Source: a virus
Lineage: Duplodnaviria > Caudoviricetes
DNA: 54,019 bases
Reading direction: 5' to 3' (one strand)
Virus record (IMG/VR): IMGVR_UViG_3300038317_000315
Coordinates: 1 to 54,019 of that record
Shown here: positions 37,743-46,558 of the stretch, piece by piece
How the letters are laid out: each line of letters starts with the position of its first letter
How positions within the stretch are numbered: position 1 is the stretch's first letter
Translations under genes and position numbers: made by a program
Notes under the pieces: model-generated
Told to the model about the DNA's origin: nothing
The model's database searches: none
The model's input: the letters and a program-made list of their open reading frames with translations, nothing else

Positions 37743-38807
37743 TCACTTTGAATTTATAAATTGCTCAACGTAAACTAAACTATTCTTGATGCAATAATCA
37801 TTGACTTTGTCACCACCACCATAAACGATAAGATTAGGTATATCTTTACCGGATATTTCTTTTGCAATGGCATGTTCTATTTTCAAATATTCGATCCTAT
37901 CTGAATAACCACGTGTCATAAATGCATTATATCCATCAGGAATACCCATGCGGTTATATTCTGCAAACTTTTTCGACACATTCAAATCTGCATAAACTTT
38001 AATATTGCATTCCTGAAAATAACGTGCAATCCATCTTTTCCTGTAGATCTGATATAAACCCAATGCAATAGGTGTTGTATCATAGAGAGAAAGGTTTGGT
38101 TCAGCTAAAAAACGAACACCACTTGTTAGGACTTTTATAGGATCCTTAAATATTGCCTCAAAACGATAGTCATCAACATAAAAATGATAGGTTGATACAC
38201 CCTTTCTCATCCTGCTATCAGCCCCCCACGGCGCGAATGGCACTATCAGTGATCCGGCTTGCTGCTCTATGAGTAGGTTAGGTATCTCCAGCTTATTGTT
38301 GCTGTCATAAACGGTATCATTAAGCATTGACTTGAAAAAGTCAGTGTCAACTAAAGGATCAGGATCATCTTCACTTTCCGGATCTACTTTCTTTTTTCTG
38401 CCTTTCTTTGGCTTTTCTTCGAGTATATCAATACCGATAAAATCAAAATCAACATCCTCAAAAAATGAATCTGTTTCAAGTATGGAAAAATCCCACTCCC
38501 CATTGTTGACGTTATCCCTTAAGATGATCTCTTTTTCCTGATCCTCAGTTAACCCGGAATAAAGAATAGTAGGAACTTCTTTCAGTTTAAGTTTTTTTGC
38601 AGCTTTCAATCTTTGATGTCCACCCAATATAACCAGTTCACCGGTACGATCAGATAGCGCAATAGGTCTATGCTCCCAAAATCCGTTAATTTTGATGGAA
38701 TCAACTAACTTTTCAAAGTTTGCTTTGGTTATCTTTCGTGGGTTATTATCTAACCCTTTCAGATCAGTTAGTTTTCTGTATTCGATATTTCCCTTTTGTT
38801 CTGACAT
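37743..38807 (-). CDS. ParB-like N-terminal domain fused to DUF4417-like domain
   Basis: NNPRKI...LVDSIK...ILGGHQRLKA; HFYVDDYRFE, PNLSLY, IYRKRWIARYFQE, LIVYGG. Confidence 0.8.
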   Translation of the reverse strand: MSEQKGNIEYRKLTDLKGLDNNPRKITKANFEKLVDSIKINGFWEHRPIALSDRTGELVILGGHQRLKAAKKLKLKEVPTILYSGLTEDQEKEIILRDNVNNGEWDFSILETDSFFEDVDFDFIGIDILEEKPKKGRKKKVDPESEDDPDPLVDTDFFKSMLNDTVYDSNNKLEIPNLLIEQQAGSLIVPFAPWGADSRMRKGVSTYHFYVDDYRFEAIFKDPIKVLTSGVRFLAEPNLSLYDTTPIALGLYQIYRKRWIARYFQECNIKVYADLNVSKKFAEYNRMGIPDGYNAFMTRGYSDRIEYLKIEHAIAKEISGKDIPNLIVYGGGDKVNDYCIKNSLVYVEQFINSK

Positions 38808-39138
38808 CTTTTTTTCGTCTGAGTAGTTCAGCTATCTTAGCGAAATAAATAAACACGTATGCTTTTACATATATCAGCTTCACACCATCGGGTGTTACAC
38901 CAACCCCATAAAAGCGACCTTTGTAATCAAGTGGTAATGGAAGTATGTCATAAATGTAAATTTTATCCTCTGTGATCTTATTTATGGTTGCTTTTCGGTT
39001 CATTTTGGGTATAATCCCATTGAAAAACAGATAAATCTTATCATTTGAATTCAAATCATCGATTAGTGTATGAGTAATCAATAACGAAAGGATTACAAAT
39101 GTTAGGACAAAAAATACACAAATGATTAATACCCCCAT
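38764..39138 (-). CDS. Membrane-anchored hypothetical protein
   Basis: N-terminal TM helix. Confidence 0.6.
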   Translation of the reverse strand: MGVLIICVFFVLTFVILSLLITHTLIDDLNSNDKIYLFFNGIIPKMNRKATINKITEDKIYIYDILPLPLDYKGRFYGVGVTPDGVKLIYVKAYVFIYFAKIAELLRRKKDVRTKGKYRIQKTN

Positions 39139-39159
39139 TTCCGCTCAATTTTGCATCTA

Positions 39160-39189
39160 CAAATATAGCAAATGTGTTTGACAAACACG
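39160..39189 (-). promoter_or_regulatory. -7 box plus late-operon palindrome copy 5 (TGTGTTtgacAAACACG)
   Basis: CAAATATA at 39160-39167, motif at 39173-39189. Confidence 0.7.
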
Positions 39190-39192
39190 TAT

Positions 39193-39687
39193 TTAAACAG
39201 ATTTATTTAATGTTTGTTTTAAATAATCCTTAACCTCATTGATAGCTTCTGTTACGCTTCGAACAATAACGTATTTATTTCCGTTACTTTCAGCTTGCTG
39301 TTGAAACTCCTTTTGAGCTTCTGTTTGTTCCCCTTTTTCTGTTTTAAACTCTATACAGAGGCTTGCATAGTTTCCGCTTGGGATAAGCAATATAGTGTCT
39401 GAAATACCGGCTTTTACACCCTGACGTTTTAAGTTGGCTGCCTCAATCTTGTTCCGGGATCCACCATTTGGTACTGCAAAGATGAGTTTGTCCGGGATAT
39501 TCGGGAAAACCAACCTAACATTGTTGAAAAACTCTGTTTGAATGTCTGCCTCTTCATTGCTTCTTGGCTTCTTTACTCCGTTTTTTTTGTCTTTTTTCTC
39601 TATGTAACAATTGTAGCAAAGGTGCCCGCTATCTGTATTGATAACGGAAACCGTTTGTTTTTTACATGCTATGCAAGTTTCTTTCAT
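39193..39687 (-). CDS. VRR-NUC domain nuclease (Holliday junction resolvase-like)
   Basis: EADIQ...FAVPNGG...GVKAGISD...CIEFK...QTEAQKEF. Confidence 0.88.
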   Translation of the reverse strand: MKETCIACKKQTVSVINTDSGHLCYNCYIEKKDKKNGVKKPRSNEEADIQTEFFNNVRLVFPNIPDKLIFAVPNGGSRNKIEAANLKRQGVKAGISDTILLIPSGNYASLCIEFKTEKGEQTEAQKEFQQQAESNGNKYVIVRSVTEAINEVKDYLKQTLNKSV

Positions 39688-40109
39688 TTCAGCTCTCCCG
39701 GAATTTGATAAAGGGTTACTAAATTATTGGCTGTAGGTGTTGCTCTTGGAGGTAGGATCATGGCAAACACCATGTCATCGGGTAGGTATTTAGAACGGAT
39801 CTCTTTGATTGCTGGTAAACCTATAGGCTTTTCGCTGTGTATCTCACAAAACCACAACCCATCAATTATATTTACCCTTACGAGTGAATAACCACTCAGG
39901 AACACACCTACCCGGTATTCTCCGTACTGATCAGTTAGTTTCACTTCACTGTTAACTGATTCTGTCAACTCATCAATGAACGACTGTTTCAATTTTTTGC
40001 GTTTCCAAAATTCAGGATAATGAACTTTGTTTTTCACCTCTTTGTTTGGCTCCATAGCAATAACTTTGCTTTCTGTTTTATTTTCCTTTAATGGATTATT
40101 TTCTTTCAT
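39684..40109 (-). CDS. Hypothetical protein
   Basis: Coupled ORF in the early operon. Confidence 0.65.
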   Translation of the reverse strand: MKENNPLKENKTESKVIAMEPNKEVKNKVHYPEFWKRKKLKQSFIDELTESVNSEVKLTDQYGEYRVGVFLSGYSLVRVNIIDGLWFCEIHSEKPIGLPAIKEIRSKYLPDDMVFAMILPPRATPTANNLVTLYQIPGELK

Positions 40110-40128
40110 GATTGTTTTATTTTTATAT

Positions 40129-40317
40129 TTATACTTTTCTTAAATCGCTTTCTAAAGCCCAACTTTCAATACCCACTACCTTATAGAGAATTGTTCCACG
40201 TTTCGTTTTAATCGTATCCTCAATTATATGTTCTTTCCCGTAATGCTCCTTTAACCTGTAGTAGTGCGTGTCCTTTTCGATTATCATTACTTTGTCACCT
40301 ACTTTAAATTTACTCAT
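40129..40317 (-). CDS. Small SH3-like protein
   Basis: KFKVGDKV...ESDL. Confidence 0.6.
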   Translation of the reverse strand: MSKFKVGDKVMIIEKDTHYYRLKEHYGKEHIIEDTIKTKRGTILYKVVGIESWALESDLRKV

Positions 40318-40330
40318 AACCAATTACTTA

Positions 40331-40627
40331 TTAAACTGTTATTACTTTATACCCCATTTCCATTGCTAAATTCCATTCTATCCTTGCACCTGTTGAATCT
40401 TTCCAGTTGCTTAATAGACAAATAATATCACATTCCATAAGCAGTTTTATATCCGATTTCATGTGTTCCATCCACGTACTTTTTTCAGGTAATCCGTTGT
40501 TAAATGGATTAACCACTTCATAGCCTTTCTCTCTCAACTTGTTCTCAGCGTTATTAAAATTATCTTTTGCCTCATCAATTGGCAGACCGGTGATCTTCCC
40601 GGATATGTAAACTTTTTCTTTTCTCAT
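40331..40627 (-). CDS. DUF4406 (nucleoside deoxyribosyltransferase-like) protein
   Basis: VYISGKITG...VVNP...CDIICLLSNWKDSTGARIE. Confidence 0.85.
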   Translation of the reverse strand: MRKEKVYISGKITGLPIDEAKDNFNNAENKLREKGYEVVNPFNNGLPEKSTWMEHMKSDIKLLMECDIICLLSNWKDSTGARIEWNLAMEMGYKVITV

Positions 40628-41190
40628 CCCCCTGTTACAATTTTATAAACTTCTTTGGTCAAATAAATATCATAGCTTGCATCGTGCAACTTTTCATCAC
40701 TCACATCAATACCCATTACCATAGCTACAGTTTTGAGTTTGAAGTTTTCCATGTTACCCCTGATATTCATCAGAAAAACGGTCGCTAAAACCATCACATC
40801 AATTGTATTAGCCCAAAACCACGATCCGAAATACTTGTCTCCATTTTGGAGGAACCAACCTCTCATGAAATTATTGTCAAATGCGGCATTGTTATATCCA
40901 CATAGGAAAAACTTATCCTTTTTATCGAAACGATCTACATATTTGCTCAATAAATCAATGAACTTTGGAAATATTTCTTCCATTGGAGGATAAGCTAAAA
41001 TCTGTTCTTTGGTTACACCCCCAACCTCTAAAGCCTCAGGTACTATCTCAGCCTTTGGATTTGGTCTAACTTTGTAGTCAAACTTTTCTTTTGTTTCACC
41101 ATCGATTACTATTTCACCACTGATTTGGTGAATTCCATGTTTAGCCGGATTTGTTCCGGTTGTTTCTAAGTCAAAAAATACAATCTTCAT
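40624..41190 (-). CDS. DEDDh 3'-5' exonuclease
   Basis: FFDLETTG, GYNNAAFD, LHDASYDI. Confidence 0.9.
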   Translation of the reverse strand: MKIVFFDLETTGTNPAKHGIHQISGEIVIDGETKEKFDYKVRPNPKAEIVPEALEVGGVTKEQILAYPPMEEIFPKFIDLLSKYVDRFDKKDKFFLCGYNNAAFDNNFMRGWFLQNGDKYFGSWFWANTIDVMVLATVFLMNIRGNMENFKLKTVAMVMGIDVSDEKLHDASYDIYLTKEVYKIVTGG

Positions 41191-41197
41191 AATTTTG

Positions 41198-41659
41198 TTA
41201 ATATCTAAAATCAGTAAAATGAATAATTACACCGTGAAACTCCTGAAAGAACGGATCACATTTTAAGCCGAAAAACCAATTTTCAAATTGCTCTACAGTT
41301 AGTCCATCGTTTTTTGCAATTTCTTCAATTGGCACACTCTTTCCATCTACAGTTGCAACCCAACCATCATTGTAGAACATGGATATTTCTTGAATGCCAA
41401 TCTTATCATACACCCCCCATTCTTCCTGTTTCGAATAATAAGGCTTACCAGTCCATGACCTAAGATTTAGTGTCATTTCTCCGGAGTTAATTTTTTCAGC
41501 TTTCTTACTCCACCATTCACGATTTGCTCTGATGGTGTGGATCTTTTGACCGCTTTTTATTTTTTCCCTGAAATGTGTAGGCTGACCGGCTTCCGGATTA
41601 TTAGCCGGGAATCTGCTTGATAAGAGTAACGGTGCCTTTTTCTTTGCTGTTTGTATCAT
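41198..41659 (-). CDS. ASCH/PUA-like protein
   Basis: IKSGQKIHTIR...IAKNDGL...F..WF. Confidence 0.65.
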   Translation of the reverse strand: MIQTAKKKAPLLLSSRFPANNPEAGQPTHFREKIKSGQKIHTIRANREWWSKKAEKINSGEMTLNLRSWTGKPYYSKQEEWGVYDKIGIQEISMFYNDGWVATVDGKSVPIEEIAKNDGLTVEQFENWFFGLKCDPFFQEFHGVIIHFTDFRY

Positions 41660-41970
41660 AATATTGCTGTTTTGTTTAATCTTTCGTTTATGTGTTTGCG
41701 AATAGCTTTTGGTCGCTTTCTGTAGCCCATTACAAATGCAATTTTTTTAATGTGACTTCTACGCTCGCTTTCACAAACTTGTTTTGCCTGATCCTCTGAA
41801 ACACAATCATAGATCACGTTATAGCCTTTAACCCATCCTGCGTTTGGATCAACATTCTCATTGAACCATCTGTAAACATGAGTTCCTTTGTGAATGTATG
41901 TCATGCTGGCTTCTTTGCGTAACCGCTTTAGTAGCTTTGTTTTCATAATCATTTGATAAATATGTGCCAA
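41656..41970 (-). CDS. Hypothetical protein
   Basis: MKTKLLKRLRK-type ORF; start uncertain. Confidence 0.55.
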   Translation of the reverse strand: MAHIYQMIMKTKLLKRLRKEASMTYIHKGTHVYRWFNENVDPNAGWVKGYNVIYDCVSEDQAKQVCESERRSHIKKIAFVMGYRKRPKAIRKHINERLNKTAIL

Positions 41971-42203
41971 ACATAAATTCCATCTTGTACTGTTCCTACA
42001 TAGGATAAATTATCCTTTTCTATCTCGGTACCAGTACCATATATGTAAATGGTTCTTTTCGCTTTTGGCAATGTGCTACTTACTTTAGCCCACAAACAAA
42101 TCTTCTCATTTTGCATCTGTACAGATAAGATCTCTGCATCAAGGGGCAATTCTATCTGTTGTTTTTTGTCAAACTCCAATATGTATTTGTAGATTATTTT
42201 CAT
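41949..42203 (-). CDS. Phage hypothetical protein
   Basis: IYKY...EILSVQMQ...YGTG...YVGTVQ..YVWHIF. Confidence 0.7.
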   Translation of the reverse strand: MKIIYKYILEFDKKQQIELPLDAEILSVQMQNEKICLWAKVSSTLPKAKRTIYIYGTGTEIEKDNLSYVGTVQDGIYVWHIFIK

Positions 42204-42395
42204 AATATTGAATTATTAAAGTGTTTAGTACTACATGCATACACTCGGTATTGCATTGCATGAACTGTATCAGTGTATTTGTGACCGGGCAAATACAGGC
42301 TTTTATTTGATCCACATTCTATAATGATTGAAATAAAAGCTAATATCAGTGCTATGATAAATATAGCTCTCATTGTTTTTTCTGTTTTGTCTGTA

Positions 42396-42656
42396 TTATT
42401 CATGATCATTCATTTTAAAAATGTCTGATTTTTTTGTGCTTGGCAATTGTGGTTGCAAGGGATTATTGAAAGTCATAACAGCTAACCATAATTTCCCAAA
42501 CAACAACACTCTCAGCCTCTCAACGAATGAAAGTTTGTAACAGGTTACAACTACACCCTCATCCTGTGTTTTATCGTAATAAGCCGGTAATTGCCTATAT
42601 TCATCTTGATTCTCAGCGAAAACTACGTTTGATCCTTTAAATTTTATTGCTTTCAT
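42396..42656 (-). CDS. Phage hypothetical protein
   Basis: NVVFAENQDEYRQLPA...ERLRVLLFGKLWL. Confidence 0.7.
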   Translation of the reverse strand: MKAIKFKGSNVVFAENQDEYRQLPAYYDKTQDEGVVVTCYKLSFVERLRVLLFGKLWLAVMTFNNPLQPQLPSTKKSDIFKMNDHE

Positions 42657-42813
42657 TAGTACTCGTTTTTATCTTTAATATATAATGCAATAAAAATGAG
42701 TAGGTATATAACCGTTACTATTACTATTGCAATTGTTACCTCTCTCATGCTGGTATTACTGAAATCTGTTCTATCCAGCACCCATTTAGCAGCACCTCCC
42801 ACCATCATTAATT

Positions 42814-43365
42814 TCATCTATATAAGTTTGATTTAATGTTTGAAATTTTCATCGTATCTCTGTCATTTGGTCGGTTGTCACGCTCTTTAAAAGAATATGC
42901 CTGACTGACTGATTGCTCCTCAGCTTCTGAGCATCTCATTTGGTTGTACTTTGAAAACCATGAAAGAATTATCTGTCCATCCAGTCTATCATAGATCTGC
43001 CCGAATTCCCCCTTTTTTGCTTTCTTAAAAACTAAATTAATATCAGCAAGTGTAAAGTATGGATAATCATCTAAAACCATCTGAGCCGTTTCATAAACTT
43101 GATTACCATTCATGCCTTTACCAATATTTAGGAACTCACTAATATTAATAATCCATGTCTCCAAATACGCTTGAGCAAAATTATCACCATACACTTTTTT
43201 CACTGATCCAATTGTTGGTAAATTTGTAGCAAACACCTGAGCCGGTGTATTTATATTTCTACATACTTTTTGAACTTCAGGGATTTTGTAATCTGCTAAG
43301 AACCGATCTTTTGTAATCGTCGTCAATTCCGTGCTGGCGTGTAATTGTATTTCTTTTGTCTTCAT
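42814..43365 (-). CDS. Replication-associated protein (helicase loader/inhibitor-like)
   Basis: Directly downstream of the initiator; GEFGQIYDRLDGQIILSWF. Confidence 0.55.
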   Translation of the reverse strand: MKTKEIQLHASTELTTITKDRFLADYKIPEVQKVCRNINTPAQVFATNLPTIGSVKKVYGDNFAQAYLETWIINISEFLNIGKGMNGNQVYETAQMVLDDYPYFTLADINLVFKKAKKGEFGQIYDRLDGQIILSWFSKYNQMRCSEAEEQSVSQAYSFKERDNRPNDRDTMKISNIKSNLYR

Positions 43366-44083
43366 TTTTTATTATTTCGTCGTTCCAACTTTTATTGTTT
43401 AAAAATGTCTCCGGATTTTTTCTGTATTGCTTATTTGGTTGTGCAATTTTGTAGTGTGGAATATATTCCCTGATCTTCATTTTATCAGTATCAGATAATT
43501 TTCTCCATTTTGGAATCAATTTGTCTTTTTTCCCTACTTTCTTTTCATAGTCATTCCAAAATTCCTCAAAAGGATAAATATCATTTTCATCATCTGATCC
43601 TGGATTTTCTTTTTCCCCCATACCCCCTTTTAGACCATTACCTATACCATTACCATTACCTATACCATTACCTGTGCCCCTTTCAAGCCCCTTTAAAGGG
43701 GCTACGATGGGGCTTTCAATAAATATGTTAATGTCCTCAATATCAAACTTATGCTTATACAATTCAAAACGCCTCATAATTCCTATGTGTGCTTTGTTAT
43801 TTGGATTGAGTGGTATGTTTTTTTGATGCTTTAAAAAGTTCCGCAAATAAATTGCATCATGTTCTTTTGAGAAAACAATGCCCCTTTCAAGCCCCTTTAA
43901 TGCGGCTTCGATTGTGTCCGGGGTGCTGTTTAAATCAACTGCCCATCTCTTATAATTTATCTCAGCAAATCCGGCAATATCACAACTATCACATAGGTAC
44001 ATGAACAATAGCATTTCAATCTGTTTTAATGATGAAAACCAGTTGTCCTCCCATTTCTCTGTATTTGTGAATCTATATGCCAT
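43277..44083 (-). CDS. Replication initiator/replisome organizer
   Basis: N-terminal wHTH-like region, GNGIGNG linker, FEEFWNDY...YRKNPETFLNNKSWNDE. Confidence 0.8.
   Translation of the reverse strand: MAYRFTNTEKWEDNWFSSLKQIEMLLFMYLCDSCDIAGFAEINYKRWAVDLNSTPDTIEAALKGLERGIVFSKEHDAIYLRNFLKHQKNIPLNPNNKAHIGIMRRFELYKHKFDIEDINIFIESPIVAPLKGLERGTGNGIGNGNGIGNGLKGGMGEKENPGSDDENDIYPFEEFWNDYEKKVGKKDKLIPKWRKLSDTDKMKIREYIPHYKIAQPNKQYRKNPETFLNNKSWNDEIIKNEDKRNTITRQHGIDDDYKRSVLSRLQNP
43623..43900. repeat. Candidate replication origin iterons inside the initiator gene
   Basis: 22-bp direct repeat TGCCCCTTTCAAGCCCCTTTAA (43675-43696, 43879-43900); perfect palindrome AGCCCCTTTAAAGGGGCT (43686-43703). Confidence 0.6.
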
Positions 44084-44135
44084 AATTTTATTTGTAATAT
44101 TCCTGAGTGCTTTTACACACCCAGGAATTGATTAT

Positions 44136-44891
44136 TTAAACCTCCAAAATTGCTATCTCAGGTGCAATCTCCTTGATGTCGTTAAGTACGTTATCAATGC
44201 ATGTATCACGATAAGCCTGTGTGATCTCATTTGCACCCGGAGAAACAAGTTGTAGGTAAACTTTACCATCCATCACATAGTGGTCAAATTCGACCTCTAT
44301 TAGTTGTTTTTCGGTGCCTTTGAAGATTTGCAACTCAACCGCAAAACTCTTTGGCAAATTGCTCTCAACTTGCGATCTGTAAACATCAGCTGTAGATCCT
44401 GAGGGATCACGGTGTTTTTGAATCTCAGTATTAGCTTTTGCAGTGAAGTTTTTCAGGTTAGATACCATCTTCATGCAGGTTTCTTTGTTTTGGAATACAC
44501 CTCTGTTAAGCCTCAGGAATTGCCCTAATTTGTTAGGATCCCATCCTACAGATTCATTATTAATTCCGAACTTTTCGTACACTTCGGAAAACTGAACAGA
44601 TCCGGACAAAGTGTTTTTTGTGTAAAACTCATCTTCGTTAATAGTGAGTGTGATTTTCATCTTTTCTCTATCAACTACGATGTTTGCTCTTTTCTGATCA
44701 ATCGTATCGATTCTCTTTTCAAGCCATCTGAAAGGCAGATCAATAACTCCGCTGATATTAATCTTTTCAGGTTCTTTAGTTGGAAGTGGCTGAGTTGCTT
44801 TTGATGCTTCGCCCTCTCTTAAGATCACTTCTACTGGTTGTGTGGGTGCTTGTCCATTGAAGTTTATTAGAACTTTAGAATCTTTTTCCAT
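44136..44891 (-). CDS. Phage hypothetical protein
   Basis: 251 aa clean ORF in the early operon. Confidence 0.75.
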   Translation of the reverse strand: MEKDSKVLINFNGQAPTQPVEVILREGEASKATQPLPTKEPEKINISGVIDLPFRWLEKRIDTIDQKRANIVVDREKMKITLTINEDEFYTKNTLSGSVQFSEVYEKFGINNESVGWDPNKLGQFLRLNRGVFQNKETCMKMVSNLKNFTAKANTEIQKHRDPSGSTADVYRSQVESNLPKSFAVELQIFKGTEKQLIEVEFDHYVMDGKVYLQLVSPGANEITQAYRDTCIDNVLNDIKEIAPEIAILEV

Positions 44892-44923
44892 TTGAGTTTA
44901 ATTTTTAAATGATTGTTAATTAT

Positions 44924-45355
44924 TTAATCGAACGTTCCTGTTTTCTTTACTTGAAATATACTACGTTGCTTTTCATCCGGTCTCATTGTTCTTTCCTCCA
45001 AAAGAACGCCCTCAGGTGAATAGATACCCACCATTTGCAAATCATGATCAATGATTTTAAAACATTCACCTTTGATGAATTCACCACCGGCTTTTAACTC
45101 TGCTAAAATCGTTTTCAATTCTTCCTCTACAGGTTTGATTCTTGCTTTGTATTCAGCCTTAATTGCTCTGATCTCATCCTCATGTTCTGATTTTTGGATT
45201 GACAACTCTACCATCTCTTTGCTTCGCTCATCACGTTCCTCTTGTGTGAATCTACGTGTGTAGTGCCTTTCTTGGATCTGATCACAACTATCACGTAACA
45301 CTTGTGCCCTTTCATGTACAGGGAGATCCGCCAACATCAATTCTTGCATTGCCAT
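44924..45355 (-). CDS. Coiled-coil hypothetical protein
   Basis: 143 aa, starts 3 nt after the stop of DGR target 2. Confidence 0.75.
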   Translation of the reverse strand: MAMQELMLADLPVHERAQVLRDSCDQIQERHYTRRFTQEERDERSKEMVELSIQKSEHEDEIRAIKAEYKARIKPVEEELKTILAELKAGGEFIKGECFKIIDHDLQMVGIYSPEGVLLEERTMRPDEKQRSIFQVKKTGTFD

Positions 45356-45358
45356 AAC

Positions 45359-45922
45359 TTAAATATTAAAAAGTAAATAATCTGCCCATAATTCAATAAA
45401 TTTCCTCCCAAAATAGGTTGCTTTTTCTTCTGTTTCTTGGCACAGGCGGAACCCAGAGTTCGCACCCGAATTCGACGACCGATAAGCCGTATGCAGACAA
45501 CCGAACCCCGCACCCGCTCCAGCATACGCACTCGCAGAAAACAAGGCACCGAACCACAACGATTTACGCTGATCATCATCCATCTGATCAATCTCATCCT
45601 GAGTGTATAAAGCGAACCACGGATAGTAGTATGTTTTATCTCCGGTAGCATCTGGTAATGGTTTAAAATTTGTTCCCCATAATGCAAGTGAAATAGTTTT
45701 TAATTTCATGTATGCTACAACGTCTTTTGCCAAACCTGTAAAATCCTGTTCCGGTTCTCCTGTAGCTATGCAAGCATCTTTATAGGTTTTAATTGTTTTG
45801 TAATTACTCAGTGTCGGATTTTCTTGTTCACCAAACAGTATTTTTAATACTGTTTTTGTCTCATCATTTGCCACTTCTAAAGCAGCGTTAATCTGATCTC
45901 TTGTTACTTGAACTGTTCCCAT
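45359..45922 (-). CDS. DGR target 2: small early-region protein with internal variable repeat
   Basis: Contains VR2 (WFGALFSASAYAGAGAGFGCLHTAYRSSNSGANSGFRLC) followed by 26 more residues; no signal peptide. Confidence 0.92.
   Translation of the reverse strand: MGTVQVTRDQINAALEVANDETKTVLKILFGEQENPTLSNYKTIKTYKDACIATGEPEQDFTGLAKDVVAYMKLKTISLALWGTNFKPLPDATGDKTYYYPWFALYTQDEIDQMDDDQRKSLWFGALFSASAYAGAGAGFGCLHTAYRSSNSGANSGFRLCQETEEKATYFGRKFIELWADYLLFNI
45439..45557 (-). repeat. DGR variable repeat VR2 (remote)
   Basis: 119-bp ungapped match to TR 4178-4296; 18 mismatches, all at TR adenines. Confidence 0.96.
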
Positions 45923-45926
45923 TAAT

Positions 45927-46097
45927 TTAATTTGTTTGTGTTGTTAATAATTTTTTCACGAATTTTCCACCCTCACCACGAATTGGCTTCCATACTCTCA
46001 ATTCAGCTTCGAGATGCTGAACTTTGCTTTCTAACTTTGCAATTTTCTGATCTTTCTCAGTAATTGCGCTTTTTCTCACGATGCGAAACTTTGCCAT
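45927..46097 (-). CDS. Small basic coiled-coil protein (56 aa, not in the ORF track)
   Basis: MAKFRIVRKSAITEKDQKIAKLESKVQHLEAELR...; fills an operon gap. Confidence 0.55.
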   Translation of the reverse strand: MAKFRIVRKSAITEKDQKIAKLESKVQHLEAELRVWKPIRGEGGKFVKKLLTTQTN

Positions 46098-46120
46098 AAT
46101 GAATTTTAATTTAAAAGTGT

Positions 46121-46555
46121 TTAATTGTTGATATTATTTTGTTTCCAAAATTTGTCCGGATCAGGTATTTCGATATTGAGAAATTCATTCCCATATTCTC
46201 TCAATTTTTCACAATATGTAGCAAAGGTTAAAGTGTCCATTTGTGAAGTGCTTCCGGGAAACTCTATAATCTCACCGGTATGTTTGTTCACCACTTTATC
46301 CGATGTCATTTGCGACTTGAAAAACTCATGCACTTGTTCTGAATCAGTGAATTCCCACCCAGCCTCATTAAGTGCATCTAAAAGCATAGGATAAATACAT
46401 CCCCATAACCAACCGTTCTGGTCGTTTGTACGTGGTTTACGAATCGTTTTAATGCTGATCTGATACTTTCCATCCTGAGATGTTCGGAGAAGATCATACA
46501 AAGGCTTTAAATTGAATAAACCGCTTATCTTTTCTATGAGGATCTTTTTAACCAT
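46121..46555 (-). CDS. NinB/Orf-like recombination accessory protein
   Basis: KPRTNDQNGWLWG...VHEFFK...STSQMDTLTF..Y...IEIPDP. Confidence 0.65.
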   Translation of the reverse strand: MVKKILIEKISGLFNLKPLYDLLRTSQDGKYQISIKTIRKPRTNDQNGWLWGCIYPMLLDALNEAGWEFTDSEQVHEFFKSQMTSDKVVNKHTGEIIEFPGSTSQMDTLTFATYCEKLREYGNEFLNIEIPDPDKFWKQNNINN

Positions 46556-46558
46556 TTC

